64,000 nucleotides of DNA from Geosiphon pyriformis uo1 (taxonomy: Eukaryota > Fungi > Glomeromycota): NCBI GenBank assembly GCA_016748015.1, contig JAAOMT010000495.1, positions 271,741 to 335,740 of the forward strand, in the 5' to 3' direction. Below are positions 53,480 through 64,000 of this stretch, piece by piece. The position numbers and the translations under genes were made by a program. The stretch's first letter is position 1, and each line of letters opens with the position of its first letter. The notes beneath the pieces are model-generated. The model was not told the origin of the DNA. It saw only the letters and a list, made by a program, of their open reading frames with translations, and did not search any database.

Positions 53480-54650
53480 TGTTTTTATAGATAAAATTTA
53501 TTAAGTTTGTATTTGTTTTTAAATTGTTTTTACTTTAAATTATTTATAAAATAATTTACTATTATTATAATATATTGGTTTTTTTTGTTGTAATAAATTG
53601 TAATTTAACTAAAATAATTTTATTTTATTAATTAGTTGTTCAACTTTAATTGAATTAAGAAGTTTTATAAAACAAATTTCTTTTTTTTTGACAATTATTA
53701 TAAAATTTAACATATTTTTAAATGTTTTTTTGTATATAATAAATGTTTTTAAATAAGTTTTAATATTGTTATAAATTTTAAAATCCATTATTGTTGTTAA
53801 GTATTTATTAATATAATAATTGAATTTTATCTTATTTTTAAAAAACAATTTATATTTATGTGTAATTTTTTTAATTTACAATAAAAAATATATTTATAGT
53901 TAATTAAAAATCTTATTTAATAAAATTATTCTATATTGAATATTAATATTTTAATGATTATAAGAATTTTTAAATATTATTAAAAGCAATATTAATAAAA
54001 AGAAAAAAAAAGCTCTAGTTTTTATTTAATTAATTAAAATTATATATAAAAATATAACATATTTTGTTTTTAAAATAGCAAAATTAATTAGAATTTAATG
54101 TATTAAACAATTTAAATATGTGTTAATCAAAGTTAGTTTTAATAAATATATTGTTATCATTATTATTTAAACCAAAAAATTATTGTTTATAATTATTACA
54201 AAATTAATATAAATACTAAAATAAATAAGTTTTTTTAATATTTTAAAAAAATTAATTGTTTAAATTAAAAAATAAAAAATAGCTTTGTTATTGGTTTTTT
54301 GTTAAAAATTTTTATACTTTTTATAAGAATTGTAATCATATTAAGTTTGGCTTTAATTAATTATTTAAAAAAAAATTTTTTATTTAAAACCAAAAATAGT
54401 GTTTTAATAATAATTAAAACAGTTTTAACTTTATATTACTTAAAAAGACTACTTAAAAAGAGTGTTGTTTAATTATTTTTATTATAAAAAAAGTTTTTTA
54501 AGTTTTAAAACTAAGAAAAACAATATTAAAAATAAAAATTACAATTATTTTACTTTTTGTTTCAAATATAGTTATAAAAATATATAAAAAATAGTTTATT
54601 TTAATTATTGGTTAAATTAAAAATTAAATTAAATTTTTTTTTATTATTTA
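53480..54650 (-). repeat. Extremely AT-rich sequence, probably a fully eroded LINE fragment
   Basis: Almost only A/T. Faint resemblance to the ORF2 endonuclease N-terminus near 54125-54165. Confidence 0.3.
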
Positions 54651-54979
54651 TTTTTTATTCGATTTTTATTTTTAAATATTTAAATATCATTTGTAATAAA
54701 AAATTATTTCTTTTTTTAATTTGTATTGTTAAAATTAACTTAAAAAACAAATAATTTGCTTTGTTTAAAATTTTTTTGATTATTTCTTTTTTTTTTGCTA
54801 TTTTTACTTCAACTTATAACTAAAATGTATAATATTAGGCAAACTTTTCAGTTTATAATCAGCATTGAAAAAATTCCCAATCTTTCATATAAATAAATTT
54901 GCCAAAAAACTCAACAATTCAACAAAAACTAGAATTATATGCAACAACTATTATCTATGATGTGCTAAAGCTCTCGAGT

Positions 54980-57159
54980 CTATCCTGTGTGCTCTACAGT
55001 GGTGCTGACAAGTTTACCATTGAAAATAGTACTTTTTACTTGTTCAGGGACTGGTCTTTCAGCAAAATCTCCATCTTGTCCAGCACCGGGAATGTTAACA
55101 TTGATGGAAGAACTTTTGGCAGTAAGAATCTCGATATCCATACACTCTGGGGACAAGAAGATTTGCCCACTATCAGATTTGTCTATTACGATAGTAGGGG
55201 TACGGCCGAGTATTTGAAGTTGGAAAGATCTGGAGTTTACAATATCCACCGTAGCAACAGCAGAATCCACTAGGAGACCGGTTTTTTGGCAAGAATCTAT
55301 TGTTACAAATAAATTAATTTCAAGATTGTTGAGAATTGCATTATTTATGCTCGTTAAATATTACCAAGAGTGATCGCGTTTACTTTGCCCTTGATTTGTA
55401 TAGTAGAATTCTTGCAACCGTAAATGTAGACGGTGTGATTAATCGCAGTTTCTTCGATCAACAAGTTTGAATTATTTTCATAATTTTCCTGAGGATTAAA
55501 TAAGTGGTAAGAGAGCAATACACAATAATATACTCATAAATTTGCCAACATCATATTTAATTCACTCTTACAATTGTCCATTTAGTGCCATCTAGTTGAG
55601 TCTTTGGTGGCTTTTTCAATGATAACGACACAGGCTTAGGGGGTGCGGTGGGACCTTTTTTTTGCCCTTTAGTCAATTAAAAGTTTCAGTCAAGTAAAAA
55701 AATAAATGTGTTAATGTTCTTTGGGCTGCAATATACTAATACAAATCGTCAATTACCTTTAACAATGCCACTAGTGCGTAAACTAGGATTCTTGTGGGTC
55801 ATTTGACTTTTATCAACTTTTTTTAAACTATCAACAATGCTTTCCCCTCGATTGAGTTCTGCGAAGACTGAGCTCATATCAGCTTGTCCTTTTGCGGACA
55901 CAAAATCAATGATTCCGGAATCAGTTAGGGATGGGGGTGGTGGGGGAGCTGGTGGGCCCCCAACTGATAGCAGGGCTGTACCAGCAGAATTGGTGCCACT
56001 GTTGTGTGCTAGCTTTCTACCCACAAATGTTTTAGCTTCCACACCCTAAAGTAAAGTTATTTAATTTTTTTTTAATATTTGGATGTAGAGTAATGTTTAG
56101 GCATCATCAAACCTGGGAATTCCAGACGAGGCCCGTTATATGGTATTTTTTAACATAGTTTTGTAACTCTGTTAAGAGAGCCACAAAGCTGTTAGCCCAC
56201 TCAACATGGGTGCGATCCCTAAAAGATTTCAAACATAAATATTCGAGACTTTAATTTAATATCCTATTAATCGTCATTTGTCGATATCATGGACGTAAAA
56301 GTTCCGCTAAGAGTAGTGTATCTCTGGAGTCTATGAGCGCAGAATTAAAGTTTTATCTGGTCATAAGCCAGCGATAAATGCCTAGTTGTACTGCTCAAGA
56401 TAGAAAGAACTTACTTATCTTTGAATTCTTTGATTACTCGGTGTGCGTAGAATTGGGAACTGTCTTTCAAATCGCCAACAAAAGGAGCAGGTTTAGGATC
56501 AACACTTACCCAGCCTAATGCGCCAATCCCTTCACTGACCGTAGACAAGTGATTAAAGAAAGGAGAAGGCCGATTGTTCTCCCTGTATTCACACACCTTT
56601 TCAAGAGCTTGCTGTGTAGGTTTTATCAATTCGACGAATGTTTCTGAAGGTGTAGTTGGTTTTATGCTCTGGCTAGCAATAAATATAAAGTCTCGCTGTG
56701 CAAGAAAGATGTCTTCAACTGCGTGGCTCTATTTTCACCAAAAAAAGTCCTAAGAGATCAAATAAAGTTGATTGGTGTTATAAAGAATTCCAAATACTTT
56801 CCTGATCCTCAACCAGTCCACCAATCCTTTTTGATAGTTCGACAAAGTGTTTTAAAGGGATTTCGATTAATTCGTCGTAAGCAGCAAGTGCAGGGGGTAA
56901 CACGGCCTCGTCAACTATGTCATAACTAGGAGGCGACACTAAAGACGTAGCGACTGGTTGGTTCGAGAGGGAATTACGAGCTAAATTAGTATTAACACCA
57001 ACAGCAGAAACTCCAGAGGTGGCTAAATCCTCAAGACGCGAAGTGGCTGCCTCAAGTCTTTTGAGGAGGGTGGTTAGAGGCTGTCGAAATTCAAAAGTGA
57101 GTCAGGCAAAGAGCTTTCCTGAAAAAGATGAGCGTTTCTTGTACCTGAAACTCAGTCAT
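54980..57159 (-). CDS. SRV2: Adenylyl cyclase-associated protein CAP/Srv2; exons 57159-57145, 57080-56802, 56728-56415, 56218-56113, 56045-55757, 55666-55572, 55488-55365, 55296-54980
   Basis: LLKRLEAATSRLED, NHLSTVSEGIGALGWV, poly-Pro, LKKVDKSQMTHKNPSLR, C-terminal CARP domain ending VEHTG. Confidence 0.95.
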
Positions 57160-58107
57160 TGAACAATAAGAAATTGAGACCTGATATTATATTGGATCAG
57201 TTTACATCACATTGAGCAAAGATGGCATTTTTATATAAAATGCTAATCCAGATTACTATAGAGAAACCTCATTCAAAATATTCGTAATTGAATAGTTCTT
57301 CGAATCGTATAATTGAATTAATTTCACTGGTTGGTAATAGTTGAAAAAACACAGCTCCAATTTGTAAAAAAGTAAATCCAAAAAATATAACCCGCTTTAA
57401 CATATCTAAATTTCTATGTTGCATCTGTACGAATTACCTACACGTTCCCTCCGATAACTAATATGTGTGTGTGACGGGGTAAGAAAAATACAATTTACAA
57501 TTAAAAACAAAAAAGACCTTGAATGTATTTGTTTGTGGGTGTATATAAAGTTTTGTGTATGCGTATGTAAGAGGCCGATAATACAAGTTAAAAGTGCATT
57601 AATCGAGATAGTTTGCACCGTGAACACCAAAAAAAGGTAATATTCTAAAAAAATGAGATTGATTAAAAGGAGTGGTAAAGGGTAAAAGACACCAAGAAAA
57701 TCCCAAGATTACGAGCCCCAGAATTTTTTTTGGTTAAAGTGGTGATGAAAGTAATGATGATAAAGTTAATTTAAATTAAAAGAAGTAAACGAGCGGAAAA
57801 GTAAAGATCTTTAAAATATTATAACACATATCGACAAATAAAAGAAAATAAATTATTATTCCATGTAGGGGAAAGAAATCCTCAAAAAAAAAGGCACCCG
57901 ATATCCGGTCGGATTAAATTTTTTTTCCCTCAAGATGTGATTGGAACAGAGGCAGGGACCTGAGGTGCATACAAATAAAATAGAAAATATTTGCCAAAAA
58001 GTTAACACAAAAGAATTTTTTAATTTGTCTAAATTTTGCAAGTTTTTGACTGAGAAAACTCAAAAATATTAAAGCATTTTGAAGAAGAAATGATCTCCAA
58101 TCACTTT

Positions 58108-59296
58108 CTAGATTTCCGATAAATCCTCCAACAGTTTCTTCTTCTGTTCCTTGGTGATCATCTTACTCGCCTTTCTGGCCAACAATCTCTCCGTGCGATA
58201 TTGTTCGTAAAACACCTCCAGGGTATTATCCTTGAACAATTTGCGATGGCTCATCAAAAGAACATTCCTCAGAACCACAAAATCGCAATGTTTCGGATTC
58301 AAACAATCAATAATTCCCCATGCATATTGACGTCCTCTAATCTTTTGACCTGTTGATGGATCGATAATATTTGCATCTTCAGGTGCGATTAGAGAAAAAG
58401 GAGTTAAGGATTGTAAAGAAGGTGGAATCTCATTTTCTCCGTCTTCTGATTCTTGATCTGGATCAGTTCCTTCTTCTGTTTCAGGAAATTCAAATACTGG
58501 AATTTGATTTGATTTCAAAACACGGTTGATGGCCTTTTTCAAATTGGCAAGTTGTGATGTTGTAAGTAAATCAGCTTTAGCAACCACTGGAATTACATTA
58601 ACGCGTGCAGTGAGCCGTTTCAAAATGCGAATATCTTTATCGGTAAGACCATTATTGGCATTATCAATAAAATAAAGGCAGGCATGAATTTGGCTGTCCA
58701 CAGCCTTGGGATTACGTTTGACTTTGGTTTCCTATTAAGTTATGTAGATTCATGGGTTAATTAATAAAATTTATCTAGTTTAATGCTAAAGCACAATAGA
58801 TTCATAGTAGCAATTTTTTAGGGGTATTCTCGCTAATTGACAGAATAAAAATCCGAAAATTTAGCATCACCGAAACAGGTAATATAAATGATAAAGAAAG
58901 TCAGAATCTCACCTCGGCTAATGTTATATCAAATTGTGCCTCAATGTATCTTAAAACCTCGGTAACCTGAACGTCAAGTCTTAATTCGTTATCCTTCACG
59001 AATCCCGGGCTATCTACCAAAGTTAAAGAAATTTTTTCGTTCTCTTCTTCAACGTCTAGAGTGAAAGAATATAACTCTTTGGTACGTGCAGCTTCAGCGT
59101 CTTCCAGAGTTTCAGCTGTTTGAAAAAGGGAAGCTGGTAATTGTACATCCGACTTGGCATCTCGACGAATGTGAAGCGTGTCAAATAACATGCGGATGAA
59201 AGAGGTTTTTCCAAGAGACTTGAAGCCTACAACCATTAGGTTTAACTGAGAGATAGCGTGTTTCCGACGACGAGAGCGTGAAGTCATTTTAGTCAT
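58108..59296 (-). CDS. Septin GTPase; exons 59296-58913, 58731-58108
   Basis: LNLMVVGFKSLGKTS, LTLVDSPGF, DSQIHACLYFI, VNVIPVVAKAD, RGRQYAWG, HCDF..LR, YEQYR. Confidence 0.92.
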
Positions 59297-60155
59297 TTAT
59301 TTAAGTTTTTTGGGTGTTGTTCAGTTCGGTTCTTGGTGGATAAGTTGGGGGGCGGAGTATATGGTGTAGATAGGGATGAGTTTTGGGTCGTCACTGGGTG
59401 TCAATGCAGTGAATAGGAAAGTCGAAGGAAAAATTGAAGGAAAGGCGGAACGGGTCGGTTAATCCTTGTGGGAGAGTCTGTGATCTATGTTAATAAGTTG
59501 AGGACTCTTTCTTTTCGCGCGACAAAAAGGAAAGAGGATAGTCCTGTAGCGCTTAACGCTCTTGTATGTTTTTTGTGTGATGCCTTTTAGTCTGTCCCGT
59601 CGTCGAGACGAAATAAATGTGGTGGAACGGAGAAACAACGTCTATTTCAACTGAATTTATTGGAAAGATTCGAGAGTATAGAAATTGAACGAGGTTACAC
59701 ATAAATCAAAATTTAACTTGCATCACTTGAAGATGCGACTTTTCAAAATTCAAAAGACGCACGGTAATACATGTTTTCATGTTAGTTCCCCAAATATCAT
59801 GCCTCTCAATATGAGTTACCATTAATCATGAAATTTCAAAAGATGAAATTAATAAAACATCCTGACTGCATGTCTCTTCCATGCGACCCAACTTTCAAAC
59901 AAATATAGCATTAAGAAAACGATCCCAGATTAAATGTGATAATAAAATTATCCTTAATAGCAAAGAACTTAACATACTAGCAGCTCTTGTTAATATCGGT
60001 TGAATGTATTTGTAATCAAAGGTAGACTACATAAAATCTGGTATAGATGCTAAGTGTACTTTATGCTATTGGGGTGGAACCATTGTCACTTATAATAAAT
60101 TTTTCACACTAATATTTGTAAAAATAAAATTCAAAGGATAATCCAGTATTGTGTT

Positions 60156-61857
60156 TTATGCATTTCTTCGATTTCTCCTTATTCGTTGTTCAATCCCTCT
60201 TCTTGCTCTCTCTTCTTGAGCGAATTGCTCGTAATTTTGAACTTGACGTGATCGTCGTTGCTTGACTTTTTGATATTTAAAAGTGAGATCAACAGCATCC
60301 TAAAGGAAACGGATCTGTTTAGACGAAATGAATCTTTTAGGCTCAAAAGAGTATATCAAATGTTATTACCTTAAGCACAACGATAAGACAGCCACAAAAA
60401 ACAGAACGATGAAAATGGTCTGGTATTCTGGAACGCAAGAATGGCGTCTTACCAAGCAAACTAAGTTATAAAAAATGTAAGGGCATTCTTTTATAAACCT
60501 AGAAATTATAATAATAAATAAAAAAATATTACCATACCTTCCAAATAAGGCAGAAATAACTATTTTGTAAAGATAATATTCGGATGCTTTGAGTATTTCT
60601 TGGAATTAAATAAATAAGTGATGCTCACAAAACTTACACGGTAGTGTCAATGCTCCAACAATCGTTCGGCCAAAATTTCTGCGTTCTAACCTATCAAACA
60701 CATCCTGACCTCTATCGTTTGGATTTTCACCATCTTCATTGTTATATGGCTCAATTTCTCTTCGCCATCCAGCCTCTATACCTCCAAAGACACGCGAATA
60801 TAAACCATTATACATCATTCTCACCCAAGGTAATATTGAAAGGGTCACCGTCGGATGTGGAGGCATAGTCATGGACAATGAGTCACTCCTAAGAAATAGA
60901 AGTGGAGCTAATGGCATTATTGGATCAGCAATTCTAGTTCTCGAGCATACAAGGAGTATAGGTATAAGGGGAAGACTGAACTATGAAAATGAAAAACATC
61001 AATCGAGCAATGAGTCAGTGGGGGTAAAGATGATCACAATATCCCTACTTTTAGTGTTCAATGTTCAGAGTTCGAGAATACATACAAACATGCGCCAGCT
61101 CCAAGGTTCTTGTAAAAGTCTTTCACCCTCGTCAACGCCAACCATTGAAAGCAGGGCAAATGCCCTATGTATTTACGAAGATATATTTAAGCTTTTTTTA
61201 AGTGAATAAATCTGAATAACGAGCAAACAAAGAAAAATTAACATACCCGTAATCTACAGTTCCCATTGCAACACAAAATGAAGCACCAAAAACTCCTATA
61301 TAAGGGATCGATGCTTGAATTTTGGAATCAATAAAAGATAAAAAATATAAGATTGTCGAAGTGGTCTCGGCAAGATGATATGTAGTTCTGCATTGAGGGC
61401 ACCGAACCTAAAAAAATTCAAGATTTGAGTTGAGGCCAGCATAATTGTTGTTTATACTTCATTTCTTGATTTTTATATAACAGCAAACCCTTTTTAAAGG
61501 AGTCCCGCGCTGCGATTCACTGATCCAATAAAGTAAGCATTGTTCGTGACAAATTAAGGTACATCTGCATGGTCGAACCCAATCTCCATCGCTATCACTC
61601 TCTTCACCAAAGCAAATCCAGCACCTTTTGTCTCTTATTTGATCAAGAGGAAGCTGACGAACGTCGGTCTCTGTTGCGGGCTGTCCAAGGTCAAGGAACA
61701 TTCCTTCGATCTGTCCAGTGGTTCCCGGTTGAGAGACCGGGACACCTCTTTCTTGTTGCGCGGAAGTGCCAACCCCAATTGTACCTGATATTTGTACTTG
61801 ATCTCCAAATGGCAAGGCTGGGTTGTGAGATTGAGGTAGACCAACACCTAGTGACAT
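60156..61857 (-). CDS. RING-CH membrane E3 ubiquitin ligase, MARCH5/MITOL-like; multi-exon, including a 22-nt exon at 60538-60559
   Basis: CWICF..WVRPCRCTLICHEQCLLYW..VRCPQC, hydrophobic segments, LPLIP, RTIVGALTLP, C-terminal RQVQNYE. Start codon tentative. Confidence 0.82.
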
Positions 61858-62054
61858 ATTGAGCAAGTAAAACAAAACTCAATAGTGAAAGCGAGGCATG
61901 GAAGTTTTTAACTTAGAAACAACCGAGTTTTTTCATAAATCAGATTCCACTCTTACATCCTTACATCATTGTCACATCCAATCACCAGTGAGTCAATGAC
62001 TAATTGAGTTCAGCTAACTAGGTTATTTTTAGTGGGAGTAAAATATTCAAATTT

Positions 62055-62156
62055 AATAAAATTACAATCATTTATTAACTTGAAATAATATTCATTTATA
62101 AAAATAAAATTACAATCATTTATTAACTTGAAATAATATTCACTTATAAAAATAAA
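62055..62156 (+). repeat. 48-bp tandem duplication (2 copies, 1 mismatch)
   Basis: aataaaattacaatcatttattaacttgaaataatattca(t/c)ttataaa repeated at 62055 and 62103. Confidence 0.9.
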
Positions 62157-62328
62157 AAAATTTCTCAAAATAAAAATTCCAAAATCATAAGCTCATTTGA
62201 ATTTTAAACCATTTTTATAACTTTTGAGTACCAAAGACTAGTGTGTACAAATATGCAATCTTTTGGGATTTAAAAATTACGTTATCAAGTTGAAGGATAA
62301 GCTTTATCGGCTAATTGAGAGTCGAATT

Positions 62329-63393
62329 CTACTTTTCCGAAAACTTGTCGCATATTTCCTTCAATTTGGTCGCAGAAATCTGCAATTTCTCCCTTTCATC
62401 TTGAGTGAGATACACGTCGATTACACGTTCTATGCCATGGCTGCCCAAAACAACGGGCATACTCATAACAGTACCATACTTTGGGATAAAAGTGCTCAGA
62501 GGTCGAATATGTCGTTGGTTTAGAAAAATACATTGTATGAGAGCAGAAACACATCCAGCTATCCCAAAATATGTAGCCCCTTTTAGTTTGATGATCTCAT
62601 AGGCTTTGCCTGCGATTTCTTTCGCGACTGCCTCCTTATCTAAAGCTTGTATTTCAGGAAAATCCAGCAATGACTTTCCACCTACATGCGCAGCATTCCA
62701 CGCGATGATTTGCGAGTCACCATGTTCACCTAGTACATAACAATGGATGGCATTCTCAGCAACCTCCAAGATTTGCGCCATTTTGAGTCGTAATCTAGCT
62801 GAATCCAAGAAGGTCCCAGATCCAAAGACTTGTTTTTTGGGTAGGCCAGACAGTTGTTGGGCAATATAGGTTAAGATATCCACCTAAATATATGAAGTTG
62901 GTGTCCTATTATTACAAATTTGAATGCATTTGGAATTATAAACCTAATAGAAAAAAATTTACCGGATTGGCGACCAAAAGTAAAATACTCGATGGATTAA
63001 AAGGTTTCATAGAGCCAATTACATTCTTTAAAATCATATAATTTCTCTCTATTAACTGAATAAAGAATATGTGAGTTTTAAAGATAGTCTTTAAAATAAA
63101 AAAATCAGCCTTGCTTTTTTTACCTGGACTCGAGTCTCTTCAGGGCGCTGCTTGGCACCAGCAGTAATTACTATAATATCGCATTGCCCAGCTTCCTGGA
63201 AAGTTCCACCACGAACCGCGGTACTAGCAACAAAAGTAGCATCATTCAAGTCCAATACTTGCCCTTGAACAATCTTAGCGTCAATATCGACTAGCAAGAT
63301 TTCAGAGGAGATTTTTTGTAACAAGAGAGCATAGGCAATAGTGGACCCAACCGAACCAGCACCCACAATGGCAACACGTGAGCCATTTACCAT
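62329..63393 (-). CDS. ldh: NAD-dependent L-lactate dehydrogenase; exons 63393-63124, 63055-62963, 62883-62329
   Basis: GAGSVG, ITAGAKQRPEETR (Gln in the specificity loop), VANPVD, GSGTFLDSAR, LGEHGDS, KGATYFGI. Confidence 0.92.
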
Positions 63394-64000
63394 TATTTCT
63401 GGATTTGTTTGTTTTAATTGGAAGACAATAATTTTGATTAGCAGTAAAGAAAATCTTTTAATTTTTTGACGCTTTTTATAGAAAAAAGCTTGATATATCA
63501 GGATGAGACATCAGTTGTTATATTTGTGAATCACAAATATAACTTCCGCTGTTTGATGCCAGTTCTAAAACGAATCGATGATGCATACATCCAATCATTC
63601 ATTCTTGATTTACCAGGTGTCTTAAACATCCGACTTTGAAAACCTTAGATGTTATGTACTTCACTTGAATTGTAATAGCCCTCCGAGATCAAAATGGTAA
63701 GCAATTGCTTAGGGAACAACTTGCAGTTTTGAATTCGGTAATCTCCGAGTAACATCCCACAAATTGAATAACTTACGATTTCTATCAGACTATATTAAAT
63801 TATGTAAAAAATTCACCGATGTTTATGTTAAAGCATTAATTCAGTGATCGCGTTAGTGTCAAATGAAAGACGTAATTTTCTGGTTGGAATGTTATCCTCA
63901 ACATCTAGGCTTAAAATAAAATAGTTAAATTGGATGCCTTCGAGGCAGAATTTTTCGAATTTTTACTTATTCCCTGATGAACTTTTCAAAAGCAAGATGC

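Noticed and set aside
62329-63393. Recent bacterial HGT or contamination for LDH or MCEE
   Set aside because: Both have canonical spliceosomal introns and host-like composition.

Overview
Eukaryotic, very AT-rich fungal DNA with short spliceosomal introns. Gene content and transposon style suggest an early-diverging fungus (Mucoromycota, most likely Glomeromycotina; this is inference). There are two compact host-gene islands. The first (~18.3-24.4 kb) holds Hsp110/SSE1, methylmalonyl-CoA epimerase and a Rab7-like GTPase. The second (~55-63.4 kb) holds CAP/Srv2, a septin, a MARCH5-like RING-CH E3 ligase and L-lactate dehydrogenase. The rest is nested, decayed retrotransposons: four full-length L1-like LINEs (ORF1 RRM-like+CCHC; ORF2 APE-RT-RNase H-Zn finger), a Ty3/Gypsy element carrying a dUTPase and an unknown Cys-rich domain inside LINE 4, and a solo LTR inside LINE 3. 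Top findings: (1) a lineage of ORF1-only, 'half-LINE' (HAL1-like) elements with their own C-terminal motif that share the LINE's structured 3' tail; (2) two LINEs inserted antisense into the 3' tails of older relatives, with recoverable TSDs; (3) transition-dominated erosion of repeats in all CpN contexts; (4) an apparent GA-AG intron in CAP/Srv2. All coordinates and counts were read by eye.
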